Numbered from the whole stretch's first letter, positions 12,501 to 25,170 are shown. The stretch is 62,535 nt of DNA, filler included, from Nemertoderma westbladi (GCA_032718475.1; 4 parts of 4 records of this genome joined end to end with filler, not necessarily neighbours in it), one strand, 5' to 3'. Notes: generated by a model not told the origin, from the sequence alone. Made by a program: numbers and translations.

Positions 12501-13002
12501 GGAAAAAATATTTTTTCCTTCCTATCATGTCATTGCATATCATATAATAAAACATAGAAGATCGAATTTTCTAGAACAGTGATTGTTTCTTAGTCATTCC
12601 ATGTTATATTGAAAATATTTGACTTCAAAGTTTGCCCTAATATTGTAGTTATCAAAATAAAAATTGCACTTATTATGAATTTGGCTGGAAATGATAAAAA
12701 AATTCATGTTTACTAAAACTTTTCTTGTCATTACATAAGTATTAAAGTCGAATGTAAGGAAAAACATCAAAAATGTAATTCTGGATAATATAGTTGTGAC
12801 CAAATTGCGAATGAAATATTACTTTTCGTTTGTAACACACATAACATAATATAACTAAAAGTTTCAATTTCTAAACTTCCACTACATTTGGTAAGCCATG
12901 GTTTGGTTAAGCAAACAAAGCAAGAATGTTATGTGCTCTGAAATGCCACAAAGAGTAAGTATGCGAATACTGAATTACGACACTATATTGTGGGACATGG
13001 TG
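9578..13002. mobile_element. Non-autonomous TIR element (possibly Tc1/mariner-type) carrying a 28-bp satellite
   Basis: Left TA|CACCATGTCCCAGAATATAGT and right ACTATATTGTGGGACATGGTG are imperfect inverted repeats. Confidence 0.5.
9998..12472 (+). repeat. 28-bp minisatellite (GAGCCTTCGGGTTGCCTCCGGTAGAGAG)n, roughly 88 copies, with higher-order periodicity
   Basis: Direct reading. Spurious ORFs show a 28-aa (3 x 28 nt) period. Confidence 0.97.
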
Positions 13003-13433
13003 CATTCGCATACTTACAGTTCTTTGTGGCATTTTAGAGCACATAACATTCTTACTTTGTATGCTGAACCAAACCATGGCTTACCAAATGTAGTGAAATC
13101 TTAGAAATTGAAACTTTTAGTTATATTATGTTACGTGTGTTACAAACGAAAAGTAACATTTCATTCCCAAAGTTGGTCACAACTATATTATCCAGAATTA
13201 CATTTTGGATGTTTTTCTTCACATTAGGCATTAATACTTATACAATGACAAGACTAATTTTAGTAAACATCAAATTCTTATCATTTTGAGCCAAATTCAA
13301 AATATGGGCAATTTTCATTGTGATAACTGCAAATTAGGGCAAACTTTGAAGACAAATATTTTCAATAGAACATGGAATGACCAAAAAACAATCACTGTTC
13401 TAGAAAATTTGATCTTCTATGTTTTATTATATA
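12542..13433. repeat. Large imperfect inverted repeat (arms ~12542-12969 and ~13004-13433)
   Basis: For example ATAATAAAACATAGAAGATC...GTAAGTATGCGAAT is mirrored by ATTCGCATACTTAC...GATCTTCTATGTTTTATTAT. Confidence 0.92.
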
Positions 13434-13967
13434 AAACATATATTTGTATACAATATGAATGAACATAATTTAATTGGCAAATGAAGTAGTGGTCTTAAAT
13501 GTAACACACGTAACGTAACACACGTAACGAGAGTCACTCGCATTTTTTGTCTACCTCTTTAGTCAGAATTGGATTTATTACCTGCAACTATGTTATTTAT
13601 CATTTTAGATAACTAATTATATCGGATAGTCACTGATCTGCATTACTAATACTCTTGATTTTCATGAAATTTAACTTACATTATTTGTCCAATTTTGGGT
13701 GCATTTCATGTGTAACACACATAACGGAATTAATAGTTCAACCATTTATTAGCAAATACAAACAATATTAACAAACAAACAATTGCACAGATACCCATCA
13801 CCAAGATAAAATGAAACTTTTATAACTTATAAGGAGCACAAAATTTTGAGAATTTTTAGAATTTTTAGTTTAAAGCGCTCTAGACGCAAGGTAGCCCAGC
13901 ACCGTCATCCAGCCCTAGGCCACTCCTCCACTTCACCCTGGATCCCCGAAGGCAGTGGGTGGCGCCA

Positions 13968-14067
13968 NNNNNNNNNNNNNNNNNNNNNNNNNNNNNNNNN
14001 NNNNNNNNNNNTTAATTAATTAANNNNNNNNNNNNNNNNNNNNNNNNNNNNNNNNNNNNNNNNNNNN
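13968..14067. other. Assembly gap with artificial six-frame-stop linker TTAATTAATTAA
   Basis: 44 N + TTAATTAATTAA (14012-14023) + 44 N. Same structure at 43078 and 58369. Confidence 0.97.
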
Positions 14068-14902
14068 AATTTAGAAAGTTTATATTTAGAAGGAACTTAT
14101 ATTTGAAAGACTTATGTTTCATATTTGAGATGCAAAGGTTTATATTATTCTAAACTTATGCAGTTTATATTTATATTTAAGTAAAGACTTATAGTTAGTA
14201 AGATTTATATTTAGTAAGAATTTATATTTTATATTTACGTGATTATTTCGAACTTATGCAATTTATATTGTTCCGAATACTATATTTTATAAGCAGTATT
14301 TGTATTTACAGTGTAAAAGAGAAAGTTTTATAGACAGAAAATTTTGTGCTCAGAAAGACTCATATTTGTAATTATTCCAAAACTTATGCAATCTACATTT
14401 AGGTACGAAAGTATTTGTAATTACTTGAATTTATGCAATATTTGAGATGCAATAGTAGATGGAAGACTCGCGAGCCTTTCTTATTGTTTTCATTTATTTG
14501 TATTTGTAATTGTTTGAATTTATGCAATATTGAGATGCAATAGATTTATATTGGTGAATTTAATTTAGATTTATATTGTACTTACTTAGTAAAGCCTTAA
14601 ACACGTAAAGTTTGAATTTGTAATTATTTTGTATCGAATCATTACGTAGAAAGGAAGTATTGTTTGAAACTTAATTGTAAATATGTAAGTACGCCCTAAG
14701 TATTCTATAGTTTGATTGATTATTGGTGAAAACCGTATATTTTATGCACGATAATATCCTGTTTTCATGGAGCGGTATAGAATTATATTCCCTAAATGCC
14801 GTGGATTTTCAAAAATTTTATTTTATTCGAATTAACTTTGTAAAGATTGCTTTGAGTTCTCATTCGTATTGGTTCTATCTATTATGCATCTATCGGTCAG
14901 GT

Positions 14903-14975
14903 GGTTCAGTAGCTCAGTTGGTAGAGCGTTGGAAATTATAAGTGTAGTAGGTATCGAGTTCGAATCCTAGTAAGT
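14903..14975 (+). mobile_element. tRNA-like sequence (SINE head or pseudo-tRNA)
   Basis: GTAGCTCAGTTGGTAGAGC D-arm/A box and GAGTTCGAATCC B box. Anticodon arm disrupted. Confidence 0.55.
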
Positions 14976-16685
14976 GCGAATTATTTTTTGTGCAGAATTT
15001 CAACTCATTTAAATTAACCGCTACAAATTAATTGCATTTATCTGTACCAATAAGGCTGTAGTTATTTGATTGTAACCAATGTCGTGCAAGTTATATATTA
15101 GCTGGACCAATAAGCTATCTTTAAAACCTTGTTAGAACTCATAGAACAATCGAGAATTTTCTCGATTGATTGCGGCACAAATTTAGTATATAAAGGTGCG
15201 ATTCGTTCATTAGTTATCAATTACTTCACTATTCTCAGATTTATTCTGTCGTGCTTAGTTTATTCTCAGATTACATTGTATTATAATTGTGTCTTCTGTA
15301 ATAAAGTCAGAATATTCTCTCAGCCTTTCTGTTTTACTATGGTTTCACTACGGTGAATAAACTCAGGGACAGGATGGCCGGCTAGAGATCGGGCCGCAGC
15401 AATGAACGGGAACATCACGGGAATGTAGACGAGAGACAACCCGCAATACCATCTAGTGTTATTCGCCCATCGCCTGAAAGGTTAGACAGCGTTCGATCCT
15501 TGCTACCTAAGTGTAAGACCAAAAGATAAAAGGTAGACGTAGTGACACGCTGCAAGCCTAAAATTACATCATAGGGACTGTACTGTCTTGATTCAGGAAA
15601 AAACCGCAGTAGACCTTCATATTCCTACGGGGGGGGGGAGAGGAGAGAGAGCAGATACTAGTACGCAGATAGGACGTAGGCACACCGGTACAAGGCATAC
15701 ACATTGGTTAGGGTGCAGCAAACTGTACGCTTAACTCTTGCTAAGTACAGGTGTGTGTGCGACTATTTGCCGTACAACGGTGTCCGTTACATCAGAACTT
15801 GTAGGCTAGGGGGTTGCTGTGTTTTCACCTGAATTGGGATTGTACCGTTCAGGCGGTAGGGCAGTTTACGCTAGGCGCAAAATAAATTGAGGCTATCAGG
15901 GATATACTAACATCTACCGTGTCCCCGCCAACGCCCTAATAGGAAGTTACCCGGACTACCTGGGTGACTAAAATTCTAGATAGGAGCCAGGATAGCTATT
16001 AGTACCTGTACGCCTACAGTAGTAAACTAACACATCTCTTCTCAGTATCAGGGACCTGGTACCTAAAATTGCCGAATTCTGGGCGTAGTATTAACCTTAT
16101 GCCTGAATTTGAGTCCTGGAAATACGCAAGAGGGGAAGGAACCTTATCATTCGTGAGTATTGGACCTACAAGTTATAAAATTAGAATATTCGTAAAATGC
16201 ACACCGTACCCAGTAATTATATATGTGAAGGAGCAAAACTGCTTTGACCGTTCAGAATTAACACACGCGCGTTAGAAATTATTTACACCTCGAAATATAT
16301 AAAATTAACTTTCGTCCTTACTGCACTTTGCTCGCTAGTTAGACACCTCCAAATATCTGCCTCTGTACCTAGCTAGCGTCCCTTTGCCCAACCATATAAA
16401 TCACACCGCGGCAAAGTATACGAGCCCCTTAGTCCGTCAGTGAGTCAGCCTGATTTTAGGATTCGCTGCGCGGGATTTTGTTTTATCGAAGTTTGTCTGC
16501 TCGTAGACTGTTTTCTGCCTCACCGGTTAAAAGAGATCGATACTGCAATATATTCGCTTACTTGGGGTTTACTGTTTTGGTGAGAAGGTCGGATTTATGA
16601 TTTGATTTACAAACTTTACAGTAGGATATTGCAGGTATTGTTACCGTCTCTTCTGATAGTAGGAATAGGCGTATCTCTCCAATTT

Positions 16686-17318
16686 ACCCACCACTACCTT
16701 CGGGTAGCAGATAGGAGTAGCGCCCACCCCTACCTTCGGGTAGCAGATAGGAGTAGCGCCCACCCCTACCCTCGGGAAGCAGATAGGAGTAGCGCCCACC
16801 CCTACCCTTGGGAAGCAGATAGGAGTAGCGCCCACCCCCACGTTCGGGTAGCAGATATGAGTAGCGCCCACCCCTTCCTTCGTGTAGCAGATAGGAGTAG
16901 CGCCCACCACTACCTTCGGGTAGCAGATAGGAGTAGCGCCCACCCCTACCTTCGGGTAGCAGATAGGAGTAGCGCCCACCCCTACCTTCGGGTAGCAGAT
17001 AGGAGTAGCGCCCACCCCTACCCTCGGGTAGCAGAGGAGTAGCGCCCACCCTACCTTCGGGTAGCAGATAGGAGTAGCGCCCACCCCTACCTTCGGGTAG
17101 AAGATAGGAGTAGCGCCCATCCCTAACTTCGGGTAGCAGATAGTAGCGCCCACCCCTACCCTCGGGTAGCAGATAGGAGTAGCGCCCACCCCTACCCTCG
17201 GGTAGCAGAGGAGTAGCGCCCACCCCTACCTTCGGGTAGCAGATAGGAGTAGCGCCCACCCCTACCTTCGGGTAGAAGATAGAAGTAGCGCCCATCCCTA
17301 ACTTCGGGTAGCAGATAG
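16686..17318 (+). repeat. 36-bp minisatellite (CCACCCCTACCTTCGGGTAGCAGATAGGAGTAGCGC)n, about 17-18 copies
   Basis: Direct reading. Gives a 12-aa period in spurious ORFs. Confidence 0.97.
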
Positions 17319-17564
17319 TTAAATGAATAAAAAGAATGTTAAATATTTTGAAAAATAACTTGTGTGGAAAGAGGCACTTTACATAGTGCTGATACGAGCG
17401 GTTTATTACATGAAATAACGAACAGAGTGAGTGAGTAAAAATTCATTAAAATAACACTATGTATATATGTAGTAGTTTCATTCTAAAATTTTAACATTAC
17501 GAAATGATTACATAAAAATGTAATTTAAATTAATATAAAATTCGAATTAATACTTTTTTATTAA

Positions 17565-18485
17565 GGGTGGAGTACCCCGCCCCCCCCCCCTCCCCCCCCT
17601 CCCTCCCCGATCACTTTTTTTAAATTTCTACTGAAACTAAAATAATTTGATTTTATACAGTATGGGCTGATAAAATTAATATGGTAAAACATTTGTTTTT
17701 TCGAAAAATTTTCAAATTTCCAGGCGCCCTCTAGCGGCCATTGAATGAAACAAGATTTGCGGTTAAAATGCTACTAGTCATTCAATTTTATGTGAAATTG
17801 TCTGAAACCAATTTTTTTCGAATTACGGAGATGAGCTCCACAATAGTTATTGGTCAAAATTTTTAGTTATCGCCTTTTTATGAAAATTAATTAATATTTA
17901 TTAATACAGTATTTGGCAAAATTTTAACAAATTGTTGGCTCTAATTGAAAAATTGGCTTTAAAAACATAAATATAAAAATTCCAACCGATAATTTTTAAA
18001 GAACAGCCGAAACCCTTTTGAATGAGCCATAAATAAAGAAAATTGGTTAAAAATGGCGGAGGAGTTGTATTTTGAAAAATGAAAAATGTCATTCCGAGAT
18101 AATTGCCTTCAATGTTTAAACCTTCCCGCCAGAACTGGCTGTCTGTGGTCTGATTGTTTAATCGTTTCTGGCATGATAGAAGCACATCACCGTGCTAAAA
18201 CTATCATTATGGGGGTTTTCGGGGTCGTTAAATTTCATTTCCGATGTCAGTTTTAAATTTTGGTGGAACTTAGTCTGTCCGTCTGTCGGTTGTCTGTCTA
18301 TCTTACAATTTGACTGACAGACCGTCATACAGGAAAACAACGATAAGTCTAGAACTAAAAGAGGTTTCGCTAATCGGTTTTCTGTTTTGAAATCCTCATT
18401 GAATTCTGCTATAGAGTAAATAAAAAACAGACCTTAGACATTTTGACCCCGGGGGGGGGGGGGGGTGGTGGGGTGTACTCCCCCC
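17565..18485. mobile_element. Non-autonomous TTAA-flanked DNA transposon (Kolobok-like GG termini)
   Basis: TTAA|GGGTGGAGTACCCC on the left and GGGGTGTACTCCCCCC|TTAA on the right. TTAA at 17561-64 and 18486-89. Confidence 0.6.
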
Positions 18486-18769
18486 TTAAATGGGGGAAGT
18501 ATTATTGTAAAATACTACAGTTAAATTTATTTTGTAACACCACAGTATGTCGCTGTACGTTTTATTAAAGAATTAAGAAACAAAAAAGTACCAATTTAAG
18601 AATTAAATTACGTATTACATGAGAAAAAAAAGTTGAACATTTTTTTTTCAATATTCTCTCGACCCATATAAATTCCCGAGTATTAATGTTAATGTTGAAT
18701 CCATTATGTTACTTTCCATCTCTGTTATAATTTGTAATTCCTGACTTTTAATAAAGTAATTAATTTAAG

Positions 18770-19466
18770 GTTTACGCCGGTAACGATGAACCAGCATTCA
18801 ACCAGTTACACGAACTCGTTATAAAGAAAGTCAGTAATCGCTACGCACCGCTGCCTAGCAACGTACTCAAAGTGGGCGTCCGATTGGTCCCGGGGTCGTT
18901 GACCTCTGCGCGCGCGGAAAACCCGTTGATATTCGCCAAAGACGCCTACATAGCGCGGAAGATGGGCTACCCCGATATCATACAGATCGAGGATATCCGC
19001 AACGCGTTCTACGTGACGTTACACGGTGGCGAGTTCGAGAAAGCCGGGAAAACCTCGGCCAAGAACGTGGAGGCCGTAGTCAAGGTGATAGCGGTCCCGG
19101 CGGAAGCAATGAGTCACAACGAATTAGATACTAAATGGATCTACGGGTCTAACGAATACAGTTCCACCGTTTACTACCATAATGGGTTCCCGAATTGGAA
19201 CGAGACTATTAAGGTGGACGTTCCCATCGAGGTGGATATCTCGCAACTTCATACAGTCCATCTGCGTATCGAGTACAGTCACGTGTCACGCACCGGCGAG
19301 AGGAAACTCTTTGGGTTCTCCTATATGAAGCTGATGAACCACGATGACGATACCACCATACTCGATGGTCTCTATGAGTTGTTCGTCTATAAATGCGACG
19401 ATCTAGCGAAGCTATCCAACCCCAAACTATACTGCGACCCTTACAGCAGGATAGCTATACCTACAG
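18770..19466 (+). CDS. DOCK3/DOCK4: DOCK-B family (DOCK3/DOCK4-like) Rac GEF, internal exon with DHR-1/C2 domain
   Basis: Acceptor TTTAAG|G with CTGAC branch-like site at 18741. Frame reads VYAGNDEPAFNQLHELVIKK...RNAFYVTLHGGEFEKAGKTSAKNVE...YYHNGFPNWNETIK...HLRIEYSH. Donor AG|GTTGGT, phase 1. Confidence 0.9.
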
Positions 19467-19481
19467 GTTGGTAGACCCAAA

Positions 19482-19543
19482 ACGTAGTTCAGGTTGTTAG
19501 TGCGTGGGTCTCCCATCCGGAAGGTCGCGAGTTCGAACCCCAG
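19482..19543 (+). mobile_element. tRNA-derived SINE head inside the DOCK intron
   Basis: GTAGTTCAGGTTG A-box-like, CTCCCAT loop, GAGTTCGAACCC B box. Confidence 0.5.
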
Positions 19544-19981
19544 AAAAAGAAAATCCCAGTTCCAGTTTTTGTTAAGCTTTTAACTCTAAGGAACAACTGG
19601 CTCAGGCTTCAGCTACCCAGTTGTATAGGGCGGGGGGGGGGGGGGGGGGGCGTGGGGGAGACCTGGCATAAACTGGGATATAGTTAGTGGAGTGGAGTTA
19701 GTGTGGCACCCTCCATACCTTATATACCGGTAAACAGCTCGAGCACATGTTATTAGTATAAGTAGAGCTCCACCTCGTACAAAATATCTGTACAAAATAA
19801 CAAATTAATACGGTAATGGTTCAATAATCAATATTGATAGTTATCAGTGTTTAAATAAATTTATTAAATTCATTTTAGAAACCCAGCTTGCCACAGTGTT
19901 GTCTTGTGTGATGAAGAGATGAAGTGGTATGCCCTTGTGTGTTAATTATTAGTATTATTTCACCTTTATCATCTTCTACAG

Positions 19982-22798
19982 GACCCAATGAGAATGTTAA
20001 CCCCAACGCCCCGGCTGGAAACCATTTCTTTATCAGAAGTTCCAAAGAACGACTCACTGTCTCCACGTTGGTGTCGTCGACGCGTTTAACCCAGAACTCG
20101 GACCTCGCCACACTGCTGAAGTGGCGATGCAAACCGGAGAGTATCGGCGACACACTGCGGAAGTTCCTATCCGTTCCCGACGAGGAACTCGTTCGCTCCC
20201 TCAAGCAAGGCTCCCTCGACTGTCTGTTTGCTATCCTCGACGAACACGAGTCGGTCCACTCCGTCGACGTCTTCAAGGCTCTCGTTAAGATACTCAACGT
20301 GGTCGACCAGCCCCGGTTCCAGTGCTTTACCACCTTCCTCGACAACTACATTGAGCGCGACTTCAGCGGTGTCACCGCCCACGCCCAGCTCACCGAGTGC
20401 CTCAACGCCATCATATACGCGGGATTCCGGAATCCCAGTTCCAAGATAGACAACCGTCTCCTCGAAGAGACCATGGTCGCTATCAAGTACCTCTTCAAGT
20501 TAATTGCTCGTTCGAGGATTCTCTTCCTTAGTCATATCAGTGACGATGATAGCGAGATCCGTGAACGAATCCTCAATGTCTTCAACGGTCTCAATAACTT
20601 CGTTCAATCGAACAACGAAAACTTTATTGTCTCCCAGAACGTTTTTCTCGCCGCCTTTCCGAGTCTCGTGGACAGTCTTAAAGAGATCTTTGGTGACGTC
20701 GCCACCGCAGAGATGTTCTGCAGCATCGTCAACAAGCTCAAAGTCTGCCCGACACTGCTCGTCACCACCAAACTCAAGTGCCTCCAACGCATCGTGTCGA
20801 GTTCCCTGTTTGTCGAGGACCATTCCTGCAAGGCTATTCTCGACACCAGCATCCGCCACATCAAACTCCACATCACGGAGACCCGGGACATGAGTCTCTG
20901 CTGCCACGTACTTAGCGACATCATCGCCGCTCTCTACAAGAAGAAGGACACCCCAGAGGGGGTCAAGCTCATCTCGTCCATGGTGAAGTCAATGTTGATG
21001 AAGTTGTTGGAAACCTTTCAGAAAGTCGATCGGTCCAAACCTGATTCTCTACATTGGGTTTCTACGTTATTGACTTTATTATCTTTAATGAAAAAGGAAC
21101 ATTACGATTTAGTCCTTCGAGATGTTAGTCGTAACAATAGAGTTGCCCTTAAAGGTTTGATTCAGCGTTTCTTTAGCGTCTTTAAGGAACTTTTACAGTC
21201 TTCTATCTTTCCATCAACGTGGTTCACTATGAGACTCCTCACCTGTAACGTAATCCTCATCGCCGTTCAGTACATCGGCCGCAGCATCCTCTTCCATTTC
21301 CTCGAGGATTTTGACGCGCATGTGTGGCGGGAGTACTTCAACCTAGCAGCGGCCTTCATCCAGGTACCATGTCTGCAGCTCGACAGATTCTCCTGGGTAA
21401 AACGGAAACGGATCATCTCCAAGTTCGGGGACCTGCGAGTCCCGATGGCCTTCGAGTTGGAGTCGATGTGGTCCAGCCTCGGGGCCGAGAAGATCGAGTT
21501 CATCCCCGGGATCGCGGGCACCGCGTTGGGAGCTGCCCTGGTCGCTCAGACGGATGTCCGCAACGCACTCCTGCCAATATTTTACGACGTTCTCAACACG
21601 CACTTCAAGGAGGTCGGCAATATCACCGACATCGAGAACCACATTATCGACGAGCTCGACAGTAAGATCACCGAGGGTCATGGCGACTCCCAGTTCATGT
21701 CGATGTTCTGCGAGATCCTCAATGAGCAACTCCTCCGCTTCCGACCACCATGGTCCCGAGAGGGGAGGATCTTCATAGACTCCATCGGGAACCTTATGGA
21801 ACGACTCCTGGAGTTCCGGCAGACCATGTCAGCCCCAGACTACCCCGCCGAGGTTCGCATGGCCTCGACCTACAACCTCATGCGGTTCTACTGCGACATC
21901 ATCCAACGCGAGGAGATGTACATAAAGAAGGTCCACACACTGTGTGACCTCCACGTACAACGCAATGCCTACACAGAGGCCGCCTTTACGCTGCTGTTAC
22001 ATGCGGACCAACTTGATTGGTCGTCTGAGGAGTTACCCGCAGTCTACGGGTATCCCAAACAGCCGGAGAGCCAACGCAAGGAGCAGTTAATGTGGAAGGT
22101 CATTCGATTCTTTGGCGAAGGGCAATCGTGGGAATACGCGGTGCCGCTGTGTAAACGGTTGGCCGAGGTCTACGAGCTAGACTGGTACGATTACAGTCGT
22201 CTCAGCGAGGTCCTCAAAGCCCAGGCCGATCTCTACGGTAACATCCTCACCCAGCATCGCTCCTCTATCAGCTACTTCCGCGTCGGCTTCTACGGGTTAT
22301 CCTTCCCGTTAATATTCCGTAATAAGGTCTTTATCTACCGGGGTTTTGAGTACGAGCGACTCAACGAGTTTACCCACCGTATCAAGTCGTTGTTCCCACG
22401 CGCCGTGCTGCTCAACACGACCTCGCTTCCTGGGGATGATGTCACCCAGCATCCGTCCGCATTGTCCCTCCAGGTCTTCACCGTTCGCTCGGTCCCTCGC
22501 ACCGACATCTACCCGGTTCTCGCCCTTGATAACATCTCCAACAACATCCGAGATTTCTACATGTTCAACGATATCAACACCTTCGTCTACGAGCGCCCCT
22601 TCCACAAGGGCAAGAAGGACAAAGATAACGAGTTCAAGACCCTATGGTTGGAGCGAATCACCATGAAGACAGCCTCCAGTCTGCCAGGTTGCCTCAACTT
22701 CTTCGAGGTAGTGACCACGGAATCCGAAGAGAAGAGCCCATTGGCTAACGCAGTGATGACCATGGAGTCTAAAAACAACCAACTCAATAGCATAATAG
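19982..22798 (+). CDS. DOCK3/DOCK4: DOCK3/4-like, 2817-nt exon (helical region and DHR-2 lobes A/B)
   Basis: STRLTQN, EEMYIKKVHTLCDLH, YTEAAFTLLLHA, YFRVGFYGLSFPLIFRNKVFIYRG, RPFHKGKKDKDNEFKTLWLER. Acceptor CTACAG and donor AG|GTGAGT, both phase 1 and in frame with the flanking exons. Confidence 0.95.
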
Positions 22799-23134
22799 GT
22801 GAGTTGTCGATAGCAATGGATAGTGGGTGGCGAGCCATGTTATCACGGAAATTTATCATGCCGCTCATCCGTCTGCCCAAATTCATTTTTCACCTGTAGT
22901 AAAACTGTCCCTGACCTCGTGTGCGCTAAGTCCCTGCAATGTGTGTTGTTTTTTTATATTTTATTTTCATACCTGTGTATTATCCTACCAATAGAAATAT
23001 TATTTATTGTATTGACGTGTATAATTATTTCTACACTGGGTAGGTAATGGAATGGCGAAGTGTTTTCTCTTGTTATTTAGAATTATAAAAACAACGTTGA
23101 AATATAAAAATATAAAAACGTTTTTATTTTCCAG

Positions 23135-24147
23135 GGGAATATAGTACGTTTACTAAGGAAGACAACATCAGTATCAACCCACTTAGTATGACACTTAATG
23201 GAGTTATTGATGCTGCTGTAATGGGGGGAGTGTCGATGTATGAACAAGCCTTCTGTACTCTGGAATATTTGGAGAACAACCCGGACGATGAGTCTCTAGT
23301 CGTGCAACTAAAAGCGTTGATCCAGAGTCAGATAGTCATCCTAGAAGGGGGTCTATCCCTGCACGGTCGGCTGGTACCGGACTCTCTGCAGCAGCTGCAG
23401 TCAAAAATGGTCGAGTGTTTCGAAGAAATGCGAAAGAAATTAACCGATTATAAATTTATCGGTGGGAAAGCTCGGACTGCTACGAGCAGTCGACCTACGG
23501 ACAGCGTGTTCATGGAGGACGGAGGGGGGAAGAGGTTGAGTGGCGAGCTCAGAGGGGCTCGGAATCACGAGGAGTTGGGGAAGAAGATTAGCGGGGATTT
23601 GGGCTGCGGGAGTATGAGGGTGGTGTCTGGGGTGGGGATCCCCGGGGGCACCATGCATCGACGCACCAAGCGGCCCAGTATGCCGCAGTTGTTCCCATTG
23701 AGTCGTCAGCGATCGATGGACGTTAGTTCCGAGGACATCGACGAGTTGGCTCGTCCACCCTCGATCATCTCGTTGTCAGAGTCACCACCCTCTGTCCGTC
23801 GGAGTCCATCGGCCGCTGCAGGGAGGTGCTCCCCCTTGGCCCCCTCATCCCCCGTGATTCCCCGGCCCCCCAAGGCGCCCCCCCTGCCCCCTCGCACCCG
23901 CACCAACGTGTCCCCATCCATTGGGAGCAGCGCCGTGGATCTCCTGCTCAGCGTTCAGTCGCAGCCACCGCTGATACCCCCCAAGCGCTCCAGTATCTAT
24001 AGCAACAGCGCAGTTGCATTGCGTTTGGATCCCAATACCTCCACCATCGCAGAGCAAGGGGGCACCGCGGGGGGTAAAGCAACGCCCCCTTTACCACCCC
24101 CTAAACGACGGCCAACCTCCCGCACCGAGGAAAATACCAGTTTGTAA
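23135..24147 (+). CDS. DOCK3/DOCK4: DOCK3/4-like, last exon (DHR-2 lobe C and proline-rich tail)
   Basis: Acceptor TTTTCCAG|G. Frame reads INPLSMTLNGVIDAAVMGG (DHR-2 catalytic region), then PPLPPR/PPLPPPK motifs, stop TAA. Confidence 0.93.
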
Positions 24148-24591
24148 ACAATCATTGCCTTTTAAAGAAACGTTCTATAATATTCATATTTCATGCCAAT
24201 TTTATCGCTGTTATATATTTATTATCCGAAATCATTGTGCCTTCTTCTAGTTTCCCACTACTAAATTAGATTTCCATTTAAGGGGTTTTTAAAATAGAGG
24301 AACATCCTGTATTTTAATATCCTGTACTAATTTCACTGATTTTATTTCTGTATATTTTGCAGAAAATATGTTAATTAATTAGTATTTTCTTCAAGTCTTA
24401 TAATCTAATACTTTATAAGATTGCAGTTACGGGACTTTTATAATAATAATAATAATCAAATATTTATAAGATATCAATATGTTATGACATATGTTATCGA
24501 TATGGTAAATTTAAATAGAAATTTCTGTTAAAAAAATCACGTCTATATAAAAAATATTTTCCATGTAGATAAAAATATGTTCACTTAAAAA

Positions 24592-25170
24592 TTATATTCT
24601 AAATCGAAATAATGTTTTTTTTAGCTTCGATTTGAATATAGACGGGGACGAGCTGCTGTCTCGCATTGGTTGAGGCAAGAAATTCCACACAGTGGGGGCA
24701 GCGAATGTTAAAGCGTGTTTGCTGTAGGTTTGAAGTTGGTATCGTGGGACCACTAATAAATTGGTATCACTCGAAAGCAATGTTCTTGTTGGTTCGTAGC
24801 AAGATATCAATTCAGATAAATATGAGGGGGCCAAGCCGTTAACGCATTTGTAAGTTACATCACCGATCTTAAAATCTATCCGTCGTGTCACTGGAAACCA
24901 ATGTAGTTCCTTCAAGATCAGAGTTCGCGGTCGTATTTTCCAATATTTCTCAATAACCTAGTGGCACTATTTTGTACATACTGAAGTTTTTTTAACATCT
25001 TTTGAAGTAAACCAAAATACAAGGAATTGTTGAAGTCGAGTTTATTAGTAATCAATGTGTGGATAGCAGTTTCCAGTTGCTTTCTTGGTAGGTATCATCT
25101 AATACGAGATTTGTTTTGCAGGTGGTAAAACGATCCCCGGACTACATTCGATATATGCTTGTCCAAAGTC
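24592..25170 (-). mobile_element. 3' fragment of an L2/CR1-group LINE
   Basis: LKELHWFPVTRRIDFKI...LAPSYLSELI...AAPTVWNFLP, the typical L2-clade C-terminus. Confidence 0.8.

Noticed and set aside
13870-13967. GC-rich contig end reading TGGCGCC on the minus strand, like an LTR primer-binding site
   Set aside because: Too short, adjacent to a gap, and with no LTR or gag sequence to support it.
7752-17295. Numerous long repetitive ORFs over the 17-, 28- and 36-bp arrays
   Set aside because: They are open in several frames on both strands only because the repeat units lack stops. There is no start context or unique coding flank.
9998-17318. CRISPR array interpretation of the 28- and 36-bp hairpin repeats
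   Set aside because: Units are contiguous with no unique spacers, there are no cas genes, and the context is eukaryotic.
19875-24057. Antisense and alternate-frame ORFs overlapping DOCK
   Set aside because: Expected shadows of GC3-rich coding sequence.
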